From: Catajapyx aquilonaris
Taxonomy: Eukaryota
DNA: 64,000 nt
Direction of reading: 5' to 3'
Assembly (NCBI GenBank): GCA_000934665.2
Contig: KZ538433.1
Span: 1-64,000, forward strand
Positions 13,982 through 29,400 of the stretch are shown here, piece by piece. Numbering within the stretch: the stretch's first letter is position 1; each line of letters opens with the position of its first letter. Below the pieces are notes generated by a model. That model was given only the letters and a program-made list of their open reading frames with translations, searched no databases and was not told the DNA's origin. The translations under genes and the position numbers were made by a program.

Positions 13982-15589
13982 CAGAATGACGGGATAGAAG
14001 TCAGGGAAGACTTAATAATGGGAAACCAAAGCGTCCAGTTTTGCTTTTCGTTCCTGCCTTCAAGCAGTGCAATTACCGGTACCAGTCATGACAATTATCA
14101 GGGCTTGGACAAGAAGTAGTGGATAATGGCATATTTTAGAGACAGGATGTGTAAAGAAAAATGTTATTTTAATTCCTCGTGTGGTTGTCATGCCTGTTAC
14201 CAGAATTTTTGCTCAGTCGTTTCAGTCTTGTTGGCAATCAATGATTCCATGTGATTTTGTTATTGTTATCTATATTTTCCCCTTATTAATTAATCTGGAA
14301 TTTTGCAACAAAAAACTAATTCAAAGTGCTTTTGCAATTGCCTTTTTACTGAAGTAGTTCATCTAGCAAGTGAGAGAAGTATTAGGTATCAGAGGATTAT
14401 TTAAAAGCATTAAAAAAGTATGTTACAATGCCTTAAATGCATATCCAGGGTTTGAACTGCTTCAACATTCAGACTGATCTCCTTTTGGAAGATTAAAATC
14501 TATAGCATGTACTATACAGCAACGAAACGAGGGAGTCACGTAGCACCTGCCATAGTTCATAAGCCTATTGTTACTTACTTGAGTGGTAATAATGTAGATC
14601 ACGACAAATTCCTTTCCAGTGCATTGCATTTTACTATTGTTATATTTATGTTTAAGAATTGGAATGCAGTGCATTCATTACGTTTCATTTGATTGTCATT
14701 TCTACATCTTTATATAGGAAAATGTGCATTCCTTCCTAACTAAGCAGGTAGCATTATAGTGTCACTGCGCATTTACAAACTTGTACTTTTTGAGTTTATA
14801 TAAGTAAGTATGGAGGTGAAGCAAACCTTGTGAAGCAATTTGCTAAACCAAAGAACAAAAAGGTGAGAGCAGGGAACAATCAATTAAAGAGACTGGGATG
14901 TCTGTGCATCAAGACTTTCCCCTTTTGTTCCTGTTGCAGTGTTGTGTGTTTACAGTTTGTGTGGCTTGTGAATTTACTATATCTGTCTCTATACTGCTGA
15001 TTGTACATTCCTTCAGAGATTCCCATGTACAGACTGTGACAAAGAGCACATTTCACTCATCTCTTTTTTTAAATCAGTTTGAGCAGTCGTCACTGAACTT
15101 GGAATGCAAATGTAACCATGTAGTACCAACTACTGATGATTGTAACAGAAAACCAGAATCTATATTTTGCTGATATTTTCTTTGTGGACTGTTTTATTTG
15201 CCTTTTTTGGGGTCCCCACAATCTGAATTTAGTAGATAACAAAACTTATTTGAGGCAAGGGAATGGGCCACTTGATTCCCCCCCCTTTTAGTTTTGATCG
15301 CCCCTCCATTAGTGGCCTGCATACAGCATTTTCCTCTGCCCATGACCTTGAGTAACGCCCACCTGGAAAAAAGTGATTCAATCCTAGTGATTTATTTGTT
15401 GGTGAATCATTTCATTCATAGCAGCATCAGCGCTGTTCTTACTACTAAGTAACAGCGTGCACTCCAACCTTCACCTTGACCTGTGCAGAGTGCAGGGAAA
15501 TAATGAAGCTGTACTGTACAGCCATATAATGATAAGCATACTTCCACTGGCAATGTGTAGCTATCAGTATAGAGTGGATACCCACCTCC

Positions 15590-15900
15590 TGTGGCAAAAA
15601 GCGGACGTAATGACGTAATATACTAACCGCATTTTGTGGGCAGTAACTATCTGCACATGCAATTGTCGGTGTCATATTACCTCCCATTGCACATGACGAC
15701 CTTGCACAGTGTACTTTAGTACATTGAGAATCGCCAGTTTGACGGTAATTCGCTCTGAAAGTAGCAGTTAGGACCTGTTGCCATTCTGCGTGTTCGTCTG
15801 GAACTGTTACGCTTCTTCCGGCTGTGTCCCTGCCCAGCCCGCCGTTGTTCTTATTTGGAATCGGGGCTGGTATCGGGGCGGATTCGTCTGCACGTAAGTG
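15590..15900 (+). promoter_or_regulatory. Probable promoter and non-coding first exon of SPT copy B
   Basis: CpG-rich patch in AT-rich DNA, Inr-like GCAGTT (about 15764) and a strong donor GTAAGT at 15894. A free acceptor (TTCTGACAG at 20460) precedes the first coding exon. Inference only. Confidence 0.4.
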
Positions 15901-16478
15901 GAAAATCCATATGGACTCATCTTAGGGTGTGTCGCAAAGATTCCTAGTACGTGTTGCGGTACTAGATCAAACGATATAGCCGAATCAGACTGGATATTCC
16001 GGCTTGCGATCAATTTTCCTTCTATTGCTTGCGCTTCTTTTCTCTCTTCCCCTCCTCCCGCTTACAAGCTATATCAGTTTAGAGAGCTACTTTCTTTAAT
16101 TGCTATAGAATTGTCACGTGACTTTGTCAGGCTCCCGGTGTACGTCTCGGGTTGGTCGGCAGCAGCGGCCGGCATGCATTTTTTCAAGCTTTCAAATGAT
16201 GGCGTGTGGGAACTAAAGCGTCTGAGGCCAGACAAGGGATTTGGGCCCTCGCCTCGGAGTGAATCACTTTGCTGGGAGGGTAGTTGCTCGTAGTTGCAAT
16301 GGAGGTTTTCCAAATATGAGCGTTTTCGGAAGCTGGGATTGTGCATGTGTTTTTGTGCTGATTACAACACCTCTTTCAAGGTTTGTTATATAAATTTTAC
16401 CGCGGGTATTATTAAGCGGCAATTATTTTTGATGCCAGATAGACTGTATAATTCCAGTATTGCTCTTCACAATATTAA

Positions 16479-16761
16479 CCCTGGAACCGTGCCGTGGGGT
16501 CTTTTTGGACCCCAAGGAAAAAAATGCATTAAAATGATAATTACAATGATCTTTTGCCATTTTTACAGTATATAACAGAAAGTGCAGTTTTTTTAAAAAA
16601 AATTAGCGATCCTTTCAGGCATTGTTCAAAGAATGATTGTATATAGCCAACACATCGAAAAGTATTATATAATAATTAATAAAAATTAAAATATGGTGGG
16701 GTCCGAAAAGACCCCACAGCACGGTTGCTGTAATACCCGTAGGCACGGCACGGTTCCAGGG
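16479..16761. mobile_element. piggyBac-type MITE
   Basis: TTAA on both sides, TIR CCCTGGAACCGTGCCGTG. Confidence 0.85.
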
Positions 16762-19400
16762 TTAATCTATGCATGGCCAAGAGATAATACTGCTTGTATA
16801 TCTGATAATGTACAGTAATGAACTTTATACAGGGTGGAATGTTTGCCAAAGGTTCCTTTACTAATAATGGGGAGGAGAGGTGATACAGGTTATTCACGTG
16901 AACTATTTTAAACAAAATTAACAGCCAAAGGTGGAGAGCACCAAACTCAGTAAAACAAAATTAATCTGGTCACATTTCACTGCAAAAGCCTTATTTTTCA
17001 TGTTGGTTAATTTGTTGTGAACCATTCATAACCACTGAAACCTGACTGGATTTGTTTTGCTGTGAGTTTGGTGCTTCCTTGATTATCCATTTTCCTTGAT
17101 ATATAAATACAAATGAAGGCCACCCTGATTATTGTTTTTTGTCACACTGATGACTGGTTGGCAAACGTTCTCCCTTTTGTAGTGCAGCAGTTATACAAGC
17201 ATTAATGGAACTTGTATGATCTGGCTACTTGTGGCCTAACACATCTGGCAGGTAGTTTATAACATCACAGAAAAGCTGTATCCAATAAATAACAGTATTA
17301 AACCATCACCTGCCTTGTATTGTGAAAACATAAGCACTTTCAGTATAATTAACATGCTGACGATTATGCAGGTTTGCATCTAGTAGTTATTTTAGATGGC
17401 CACAATGCATGTTGTAGCTTTAGTTTCAAAAAGTTGATTCATGAAAGACAACTATGAGACCCTAATTCTGGCATGCTTCATGATTTAATTTTTAGCAGGG
17501 CTTGGGAAGGGAGGGTGCATGTGGTGGACCCAGTATTAAATTGCTGTTACAAACTTGAGATTAGACATCTTCTGCTTGTCAATATATTCTGTCTCGCAGT
17601 AATGTAGCTTTAACGGTATTGATTTCTAGCATATGTAATAGTGCAGTATGGTTTCATATCTGTGCATTGCATTTGTTATTGCATTCCCATGCTACATATC
17701 AATACTAGTCCTTGAGAAGGAAATTGTTCTCAAATAGTGCATGGGTATTGAAAAAGGTAGAGAATTTCTATTTGGTACTAACACATAACAACAACATTCA
17801 ACAACAAGGCTGGTAACAAAAACCAATTCAATTATGAATTCAAAGAGTAAAAGGGTCATGGGTTTTATTCCCCCTCCCCCATGGCTGCAGCAGGAAAGAT
17901 CAATATGTTGGAGGGTGCCTATAAATGTCATTTGTTATTGATGCCTATGTGAAAGCAGGCATGCCAAATACGGCATTCTTGGTATGTTGAAAGTAGTTCA
18001 TGTAATGGAGGAAAAGGGAAGATTTATTCAGAGAACTGCAGGTGTTTCGGTGGCATCATCTATGCTGTGACGTGGATGCTTTTTCTATCACTTAGCTTTT
18101 TCAACATGTTGTGATATGAGCAAGTGTTCTCTTTTGTGTCACAGGCTTTTGGTTAAGGGTCATGAGGGAAATTGTATTATCTGCCCTCCTTTTTCATATA
18201 GAATTTAGGTCAACTGAAAAGTGAAAGTGCAAATCTTGTTGCAAATCATCTCATTTTCATACAGCAACCATAGCTTCACAATGTATAGCAAAGTTGCATA
18301 TGTGTATATAATTATAGTGGAGACATTGTATTTTAGTAAATAACTTGATTCAGATTTCAGTTTAATTGTGGAAGGGCAAAAGCATAATGATCAATAGCTC
18401 TGTAGTTGTCAGTTGCTTGTTGTTGAAATATTTTGTTGACATGAGTCAAGGCCAAAATTCTGGCATCAAGTGAAAAGAAAGCCCATTGTTCATATGGTAT
18501 ATTAAACATATCAAGTAATGCATTTTTCTACAATAAAATGAAGACATCAAATTCTGACTTTCCTTTCTCACGAGAGATTTTGCATCATCATTTTGTTCTT
18601 GTCACCCATGGTGCTTCACAAGTTCTCATCTAAAGGTGTTTGAAATAATCAATAATGGGACAAATCAGGAACCCTGTGCATGAGAACAGTACTGGACACT
18701 CACAGCACTTGCAGGCATTTACATTGGTTGCAAGCATAATATGAGCAGGCCAAGTAAGGGATGTGAAACCTTCAAGTGCCACTGCCCCAAAATTGGGAAT
18801 CCAACTAGATTTGATTCCATGGTATTAATATGTGGAATAAATGTCCTTATCCTGGTTGTTTTACGTAAATAGGCCTAATATTCTTGTAATAGCACAGAAG
18901 TAAATATGGACTACTATGAGTAAATTTTATTGCTCAAGAGATTTGTTACTTGACAAAATATGATATAGTCTCTTTTTTGTGTGAAAATTATATTTTAAAA
19001 GGTATTTTCATTCGTGACAGATTTATTAGTCCGGTAGAGCATGTCACTATGCTGCACACACATGTGGTTTTTAAAAATGCGAAGTGTATTATTGTGGTAG
19101 TCCTGTTGAAATTTTTGCAGAAGAAAGAGTTCCACTACAACAAACAGTGTTTCACAAAAGTTATAGGATATGTTCCTGAATATGTTTCGGCCTGAAACAC
19201 AATAATGTTTAATGAGTTAATAGTAATGTGATAGATTGAAATGAAGTTTTTTTCTTTTTACTTAAATCCCCAACTGGGTCACCTTCCCTGAAAATAACAA
19301 ATTTAGTATTTTTTCAACATTCAAATGACTGCACAAGACCTTTGGAATATTTTTATTTAATTTTTTTACACCAATAATGTGGATTTCTTAATGTTTAGAT

Positions 19401-19584
19401 CGGTGGTTTCCAACCGGTGGGGGGTCGCGAGCCTTGGTTCAACTCCCCCCCCCCCCCCCNGTATGTTTTCTGGAAAGGGGGCAGTTGCAGGTGGGGCCAG
19501 GGGAGGGGGAAGGGAGGGGGGGGGGCACACATTTATGGAAACATGTTTAGGGGGCCGCAGTTGGTAAAAGGTTGGAAACCACTG
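19401..19584. mobile_element. hAT (Charlie/Buster-like) MITE
   Basis: TIR C(A/G)GTGGTTTCCAACC, perfect 8-bp TSD GTTTAGAT. Partial relative at about 35421. Confidence 0.85.
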
Positions 19585-20494
19585 GTTTAGATATTGCTTT
19601 TGTTCACTACAATAACATTCCATAAAAGTAATATTATGCAATAATGATTCCACAGTGTTGGATCTCAATAAATGGTACTGTATATAATATGAGTAGGCTA
19701 CATAGGGAAAAACTAGTAATTCATACACATTAACTTCTCTTATGCTAATTTGAGTTAACAATATGCAAAGTCTTTAAAAATTGCCCACCCTGCACATTGC
19801 TGCAATTTCATTCAATTTATTAAAGGTTCACAAACACTTACTGTGGTCATCTGACACCTGAAATATTTCAAAATTGCAATTTAACAAGTCCAGGTTTTAC
19901 AGTTGAGGATCTAAATAAGCAAGAAAAACTGAGTTTCACTTTTTGATCAAATTATACAGTTGACTCCAGATATAACAGCCTCGGCTATAACAGACTTTTG
20001 GTTATTATAGACTCGTAAGGCCGATCCCGGCATACTTGCATAAGGCACATATAATTATTCTCACTCAGACATGATTTTTGTAACCACTTTCATTGGATTG
20101 TGAATTAAATTATTTCTCCAAAAAAAATATCAATTGACCTTGAATCTCTCAAGTTGTTGCAGTGATTTCCTTGAAAGAGTTTGACATTCAAGCCACTCCA
20201 ATGAATTAGCTTCATGATGTGAGTGCAGCATGCATCCTGTGAACCTAATTCAAGGTCAAGAGGGTTTTTTGCACATTGACACCTAAGAAAGGTCTGTTTG
20301 AATGTAGGTCCTTTTTTATGTAGCACTTGATTTCATTGTACAGATTGGATTGGCACTGTTCCAGCTTAAGTTTTAATCTGATATGAATGTGTCATTTGGT
20401 TTGCTTATAATGCTGACATCCTGGATGAGTAAGCCAGTTGGTCCCCCCTTATTCTGACAGCTTGACAAGCTCTCTCCACTGAAAGTTAGAAGCC

Positions 20495-23400
20495 ATGGGC
20501 AGCGATTTGATAGTCACAGGGTCTGAGCATAGGCGGAGGAAGCCAAAGAGTCAGGAGAGCTTTGAGGATGTCTCAGTTGTTCTGGCCATCTTGACATACT
20601 TTGGCTTTGCTGTCGTCCTGTTCTTTGGATACCTGAACAAGCTGCTGGTGAGGCAGGCGCACATCCCACAGGAGAAGAACCGTGAGGTAACAGCAGTTCA
20701 GCCTTGAGTTGAGCTTGGTAGAAGTGAATGTGTGGTTGATGTATTCTTCAAGATGACGAGGTTATTTTTCTTCTTCTAAAATGGACTGTAAAATTGTTCA
20801 GTTTCTTAAAGAGTAACCTATTGCATTTTTGAATGTTTCATAGTTGACCACAAATATTGTAGATATTTGTGCTTTTGTGTTACGTTTTGAATCTGTAGGG
20901 AGGGGGGATTTTTGTAGAGTCTATACAGGTGTGTTACTGACAGGTTACTGAGATAATTGTACTTATGGCACTCTCCAGCATAATTACCAAAATGCAATTA
21001 ACTGTAGTGACTTTTTAGATGCAACTGAAGCTTGTGCCTTGCATGTTGAATTCACACTGTTATTCTTCATTAATTTAAGTTTGTGACAACTTTTTAAAAG
21101 ACCTCATAGTTATTGAACTTGGAAAGAATGTTAACAAGTAAAACAGGAAAGTATGGCATCTGTTTCGTCTGATCCACTAATAATATTTTGGTACAAATAA
21201 AAGTAGTACTACATCCGTTTATTTATCGAAACAACTCCCATGCAAATGATCGAAAAAGAAAAGGTTCGAAAGCTTGTTTAAATCCACGTTACATACGATC
21301 GTTACGTACGATCTCCTTTTGTTTTCCGGCTCACCCCTGCGATATGGGCGACATCTATGTACCAGGTCAAATTATAATCGCTGGAGCTTCAAAACTTAGC
21401 AAAGGTCATCTCTGTAAGGGTTACCGTTTTCGAATTTAAAAAAATACGCGCCATGGCTTTTGACTCAACCCACGGCAATATGCGACTATGCGAGTTGTTT
21501 CCCTGTCATCGGTGTGTAATTTTTTATCGCAAGAAGAAGACGGAAAGGTGTCATTTTTTGACTAGTTGCCGACGCTATGCCGCAAAATGAATTTTTTCGG
21601 ACACTTATCGGAGGGACGGAGGCAAAAAAAAAAAATCCTTCTGTGAACCCTGGATAGTGCAAATCTTTGTCTATCTAATGATATACAGGATTTGAAACCG
21701 CTATTTGTGTAATCATAATTATGTTAATTGCACGCCTATGTTATCTCGGCCGTTTATAATCCGAATTACTTCGCGAATGTATCGACGGCAAGCCAGAAAT
21801 GTCCGTGATAAAATCACACCGTGCTCTATTACACTAAATTTTAAAAGTATTGTTTTAGTATGTTTAATAGACAAGTACCTAGCCCGCTTTCTGGCGGGAA
21901 TAGACGGCGATCTTCCGGCTATCTGTAGTGGGGTAGGAGGGCCAAGAATCCGGAGTATTCCCGCCAGAAAGCGGGCGGGGTACTTGTATATTAAACGTAC
22001 TAAAACAATAATTTTAAAATTTAGTGTAATAGAGCACGGTGTAATTTTATCACGCACATTTCAAGTAATTCCGATTATAAACGGCCCAGATAACAGAGGT
22101 GTACAATTAACTTAATTATGATTACACAAATGACGATTTGTAAGCTTCAAATATATCATTAGATAGACAAAGATTTGCACTATCCAGGGTTTACAGGGGT
22201 AATTTTTTGGCCTCCGAGAAGTGTCTGAAAAAATTCATTTTACGGCGTAACGTCGCGTCGTCAACTATAATAAAAAAGAAAGAAATACCTTTTCGCCTTC
22301 TTCTTGCGATAAAAAATTGCACACTGATGATAGGAAAACAACTCGTATAATTATGCGGAACGTGGATTTAGGGCCGGTTTCACCGAGCCCGGTTTTGATA
22401 AAACCCCGGTTCTTTCGGAAAATCCCTGTAAATAGAATAGGGATTTTCCGAAAGAACCGGGGTTTTATCAAAACCGGGCTTGGTGAAACCGGCCCTTAAA
22501 CAAGCTTTCGAGCTATATTATACCATTATTTTTTTGGATCATGTGCCTGGGAGTTGTGTCGAGTCAAAAACAGGGCTCTACATTAAATAAACGGATAGTC
22601 TTCGATTCCATGTCAATCCTGATGTAAATTGTGGTGGCTCGACCCCTTCCGATTTAACTGGGGGAAAAAATCATGTATGTAGGAACCTTATTGCGAAATC
22701 CAAAATTTGAGGCCGGTGGAGTCAAATCTCACGGAAATATAACAATGGAAAGTTCAACAATGACGTCCACAATGAACCTTGGTAGTTTCAACTTGCTATT
22801 ATTAAGCAAGTTACTGGACCGTGGTGTCGAAATTGTACAAATGAGAAGGGACACTCACCAAGTTTATGTAAAAAAAAATCAGTAGCCTTCCACGTGTGCT
22901 CCTTAATAACCCAGATATACCCGGAAGAGATTTTGCTGATTTTTTGAACTTTCTTTGTCTCTATTAGTCTAGTTCATATTACGTAGTTCCCAAAACACAA
23001 AAATCGAGATAAAACCTTTTTCTGAATGCTTGTTTGCGAGAAAATGGCCGTTCCATATGATTATGGGATGGTAGGAAAATGTAACCTAGTACAGTGCTGG
23101 ACATATTAGCCGTCGCTGAATGTTTTTTTTCCGGCGGCGGCGGAGTTACCTGGCAACCCCATCCGTCGGGCCAATTCAAACATCAGCCCATGGAGAGCGC
23201 TTCCATTGTTGCCACTGTTTACAAATCGAGTGAGTGAGTGCGCAGGCAGAAGAGACCCGTCGGTGGGTCGTCCGCGTCACTCACTCGATTTGTAAACAGT
23301 GGCATGGCATGGAAGCGCTCTCCATGGGCTGATGTTTGAATTGGCCCGCCGGACAGGGTTGCCAGGTAACGCCGCCGCCGCCGGAAAAAACATTCAGCTA

Positions 23401-26400
23401 CGGCTAATATGTCCAGCACTGTATGTATGGCTATAATAGTTGCTGATTACATTGCCATGGCAACAATGACATTCAGCAATGTCCATACAGTGGAGCCTCG
23501 CTTATCCGAATACCGATCAACCGAAACCTCGGTTAACCGAAATCGTTCGAGTCGGCTAATTCAAATTTGCGTGCGAGATTTAGCGGCAAAAAAAAAAACT
23601 AGTCTCAGCTCTGAAGCAAAAGAAAATGCATGTAATGGACTTCTTTTCCCAAGCTGTAGGCCTACTTTAATGTATGTAGTGTACTGTATACTACTTTATG
23701 TAAGGTAGGCTATATGTATTTTTTAAACGTGACTGTGATACAAAATATACAGTTTTTCGGTTATCCGGAAAATCAGTTGTCCGAACACCCCTAGTCCCCC
23801 ATTGTTTCTGATAATCGAGGCTCCACTGTAGTTTCATAATATCACCAATGATTGATTGTTGTCGATTGAATTACCACGGAAACAGGACGTGCAAAGAATG
23901 GGTTGTAATATATTTAGTCACAATCAACAACACTCAAGGATTGTTGCCACGGTTGCCATGTTAACCAATTGCCATGTAATCTCGTTTTAATTATATGGGT
24001 TCATTAAAATACAGTTCAACAAAGCGCACAAAATCCACACACATACGAGGGGTGTTTGTTAAGTAGTGAGTCTACCTATGAAGGAGTTGTCGTAGCGGAA
24101 TGAAGTTTGCGGCATTTTGAAGAGCAACTCGCGAAACGTATTTTCCGCCTCTGAGCGTATCGCCGAACAGCGCCGCGCGGCGGTAAAAGTGCGCACTGTC
24201 AGTCAAGATGGTGACATCCATGAGGGAGGACCGCGAGAGTGATCGTGCGGTCATTCGTTACCTGTTTCTGAAGGGAATGTCAGCGGAAGACATCCACGCC
24301 GATATGCAGGCCACATTGAGGGACATTGAAGGATAAATGTACGGTACATATTTAATTACCTTTTCAAAAATTCACACATATTGCAATCATTAAGACCAAG
24401 AGTGTTTTAAAAGACTTATATGAGAGTGTTTCAAAGGTGTGAGAAATTGCAATCGACGTACCATGGAATCACTGCATTTTGCTTCAGTTCATGATCCATT
24501 GTGTAACATAGATTACTTTCCTTCTTTGGCTGAAGGATATGTTCCATAGTTGCTGCTGTCAGGGGTTTCATAAACCTGCACTGGGCTGGAGAAAATTAGG
24601 CATCCATTAGAAGAGAGGTGTGAGAAAGCATCCCATCCATGCGGCAAAGGCTTCGTTATGTCCCTCTAAATGACAATGTCGTGCAGGTTTATGAAACTTC
24701 TGGCAGCAACTATAAAACATTTCCTTCAGCCAAAGCAGGGAAGTAATCTATGTTACACAATGGATCATGAACTGAAGCAAAATGCAGTGATTCCATGGTA
24801 AGTCGATTGCACTTTCTCACTTTTGAAACACACTCATCATGTCAGTAATAATGGTTACAATATGTGTGAATTTTTGAAAAGTACCATGTACATTTGTCAC
24901 AGCTTATGACATTTCCTATGTTCATACGATGGACCGAAGCAGGTTGGTGTAGGGGATAAGGAGCCGGCCTGCAAATCGGGAGGTCCTGGGTTCGAATCCC
25001 GGGGCCGGCGACCCTGACCATGGTTTTCTGTGGTTTTCCATGGTCCCCCCAGGACAATTCCAGGGTCGTTTCTGTAAAAATAGGCCACAGCCACTTCCTT
25101 CCTTCCCTATCCCTGGTCCCATCCAATGGTGGTAATCCACCCCCCTAAGGGAGCCAAAGGCTCTAGCACGGGGTATGATAAATAAATAAATAAATAAATA
25201 TGTTCATGCAATGGCAATGATTCCGTGCACCGCCTTGTGCACCCATACGTTTGAAAATTCGCCGATCAATTATCGCTCACAGGTAAAGAATGGGTTATGC
25301 ATATATGAATAGGGGATGATCCAAGGAATCGATTGACATACCAAAAGTCAAAATTGCTCCAGTCTTGAGAAATTTGAGCTCGAAAATCGGCAAAATGCGG
25401 TAATTAATATTTTCGGAATTTTTTATTTCCAACCCTGTGTGACCTTTAGTGGGGGCTTAACGTCGGCCTATTTCCGCCGCAAGGCTCAACAGCGATGCCA
25501 GGGGGTGGTCCTCCTCCTGGAAATTTGGCCACTCTGGGGATCTTTAACTTGCACTCGCGCAATGTCACAAGCACACGGGACCGACGGCTTTACTTCCCCT
25601 CCGAAGGAAGGCACACTCTCACTCTTCTACCACCCGGAGAAAAGTCACCGACCTCGGCCGGGTTCGAACCCACGACTTGGGTGTAGAGGCGAGCGCGCTA
25701 ACCACCAGACCACTAGCGCCTTCGTGACCTATGACAATGAAGTTTTGTGTGTGCATTTAGGCAAAGGCAAGGGGTTAGCAACTCCCCAAAAAAGTGTACA
25801 CCAGATCCTGGAACCAGGAGGTTCCATGCTGGTTCCAATCCAGTTCCACCTGGTTCCTTGGCCAGGGTGTACACAGATTCCAGGGAGTTGCTAATCCCTT
25901 GGGCAATGGTGATTGCCCTGTATCCTAAATATAACTTTGTTGTGAGTTACGGCTATCGGGAATATAGAGTGATTTGGACATACAGTGTATGTGCGAATTT
26001 TTTCCATGTTGTTTTACGAGTTAGGTCGAATATTTTGTAACCATGTTATTCCTCTCTGCATTACCTGCCATTTGATATATAACATGTTGGTGTTGGGAGA
26101 ACAGTCTGAACAGTTAAGAATACTTTATATGGACGTCATTGTTGAACTTTCCATTGTTATATCTTCGTGAGATTTGACTCCAGCGGCCTCAAATTTGGGA
26201 TTTCGCAATAAGGTGTGGATCCCAACCTACAGTAGGGACAAGATAATTCATGCGTTTTGGGAGGTCGCTTGTGTCCTTGGCAACCATAATTATCCCTGCC
26301 CCCTATACCAGTCGACCAATCAGGATTTGATTTCAAAGGAGATCGGCGTTATGTTCTAAAACCTCAAGAATGAGATAAGTTTGTTTACACTTACGCAATT

Positions 26401-29400
26401 GGTAATCAAGCAGGGGGGAAATATTTCCCCACCAATCGTTCTAAATTACATACAAAAAAAACTCACCAGGGGGTGGGGCTAATTATGGTTGCCAAGGACA
26501 CAAGCCACGCCCAAAACACACGAGCTATCTTGTCCATAGTATACATATTTTTTACAATTGGAAGGGGTCGAATCACAACTTTTCAGAAAATTTACATAGT
26601 CTGATAGTGCCTGCTAAAAAAGTGAGAGCTAGAACTGCAAAGCAGTGTTCTTGAGCTGACAGTGAGATACATTGGTCAGAATGTTGTGAATTTGCAATTT
26701 GTACAGTTTTAAATGACCACAGAAGCCCTATTAAGCTGACGTAATCCACGGATATATTTTTATGGCATTGGTATATGGCAACGTACGAGGGGCATTTGGA
26801 AAGTCTTTACATTTTATTTTTTTGCCCAAATACAGAGCTCATACAGGTTGGCAGATAGGTACAGTCGGCACGGAATAGGTAAGGACACACTGACGATTCT
26901 GGAACCGTCAATGTGTCCTTACCTTTTTCGTGCTGACTGTACACATTATCAATAGAACCCTCCTGGAGCTGAATTCACTAGTTCCACGGGTGTGCCAACC
27001 TCTCCAGGCCCTCCAGGAACCACTTTTTGGAGGTGCGGCACACCCACTCCCACACAACTGCTTCCTGTTCAACAATGTCCTTGATATGCCATCGGCAAAG
27101 GGTTTTTTCATCGCTCCGAACAGTTGAAAGTCACAGGCCAAGGGATTTCGGCAGGTGTGGAAGCACCCAAAGCCAGATCCACACAAAAAAAACCTTCACC
27201 GATGGCATTTCCAGAACATTGTTGACAGTTGTTGACTGCGAGCAGTTGTCCGGGTGTGAGTGTGCTGCACCTCCAAAAAGTGGTTCCAGGAGGGCCTGGA
27301 GAGGTTTCACACCCATGACTTCTGTACATTCGTCTCCAGAAGGGTTCGATCGATAATGTGTGCCTATATCTGCCGACCTGCATGGGCACTGTATTAGTGG
27401 CAAAAAAAAATAAAGCGCAAAGACTTTCCGAACGCCCCTCGTATGTTTTGAGTCACATAGTGTTCTGTGAAACTAACATTTAATGAACTTTATGATTGGG
27501 CAATGCATTTTTTACCATGGGGCAACCTTCAGTATAGGGAATTACATTGGGATAATTAATCAAGTTTATTAAATGTCAGTTTTAGCTAGAGACACATCGC
27601 TAGAAAAACTGGCCATCCACCAATGTCTTAAAAATTGCACATTTGCAGCACTTTACTCCCAGTATCTCAGCTGTGTATCCTTGGTTTGCAGTACAGGAAT
27701 TCCCAGTTTATGAATGGGGTTACGTTCCTGAAAATGTCTGTAGGTCAGATTTGTACGTAACTCGAATCCCCGAGAAACAGTGCATCTACAGATGCAGCTC
27801 GAAAGGACTGCGTCCGTCATGTAGGTCTGTTTACATGTGAGGAAGAACATCGTTCCCGAATTATTATTTATTAATTAGGTAGTGTTTAAGTTGAACTTGT
27901 CTGTCAGCGAATGCATGTATGATTGAAATTGGAGGAATAATCGTGAAATATCCTTATGGGGAATCTTGGGAGCTCATTTGTAAGTACAGATCACCATAAG
28001 TCAGGTCATTCATAAACCAGGGACTTCCTGTACTGGCTTTCACTTTTCTAGTGCACATTATCAACCACCACTTGCAACAAAACTCTTAGTGGATCAAGAA
28101 AAATATGTGTTATACATATTGTGTATCTTGCTAATATTCTGACGTGAGACTAAAGTCCAGGCCAATACTCTGATAATAATTGAAAGTGTGCTAACAATAA
28201 ATTTTTTGCAGGGCTATGCACCACTCTTCACTGGCTTCCACAGCTTTTATGTCAGGCATATGTATAGGCGCATCCGGGACTGTTGGCACAAACCCGTGTG
28301 CAGTGTTCCTGGAGCAACAATTGAATTTAAGGACCGAGTTTCTGATGACTACGGCTGGACTTTTAGGTATGTATGTGGCTGTTCCTCAGCCTCAGCCAGT
28401 ACTGTAATATTTTGGCTTATTACTAGTAAAATAAATTACTGTGTAATACATAGTAATTAACCTGTTGTCTCCCGCTGGATTATGCACTCCTTGGGTAGGG
28501 GTTTAAAAATAGCGCCCTAGGTGATAATTACTGCATCTGGCACCATTGGTTTAGCTCTCAATTCATGCACAATATGGGCTGAAGCATCCGAAACCTACCA
28601 ACCTACACTGCATTTCGATCGAGTGCATCAAGCCCCTCATACACGAGAAGGTGACGTCATCCTATTGCAACATCTACGCGGGTTTTTTAAAGGCAGCTTC
28701 CACCACTCGAAAATATCCAAGATAATTCTCTCTGATTGCCCACTCCCTCTGATGAATTATGAAAACATTAAGTATCCGTTAATAAAATTTTAAAGGTCCA
28801 GTTTAAACGGAGGTAATGTGAGTCACCAGGTGCAAAAAAAGGCGGCTCAGGTTGTGAGTGGGCAACGCCCAGCGCTCGGAGCAGTCCGGCCGGCCAATTA
28901 GGTGCGAGGATGCTTTTGACGACCAACATGGTGCCGGGGGCGGTTGCCTACCCTTCACAGATCCCTCTGATTTTTTCCCTGGCGAAAAGTAAGTCGCAGA
29001 ATTTCGGGATTTTTCAAATGGTTTTCAGCTGCACGCCCATGTACCGGGAAATGTGCGGCAAGGAGCTACGTCTATTTAAATTCGCACAGTAAGAGTTTGT
29101 TGACAATGAACGAGACCTTTGGGCTATGATGTCATGGCATTAAAAATATCACCCTGATTGCATAAATACTCATGAAGATATCAACTACAGGCTGGTTCCA
29201 TTTCAATCCAGACAGAGGGTGCCCAGTCATGGTCTTCGATTTTTTTTTTTTTAAATATATGTGAAACCCACATCCAATTGAACCCTTATGGAGCAATCAG
29301 TTTTACGAGATTAAATTTAGTTATCGAGATATTAATATTTCTTTCAAGGGGTACCAAAATAACCTTCACGGGAAGGTGCACTTTTTCCATTGCTTTCAAT

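Noticed and set aside
21705..22499. Mirror ORF pairs (21705/21719, 22265/22317, also 53847/54051 and 33037/34414)
   Set aside because: Products of palindromic DNA, not genes.
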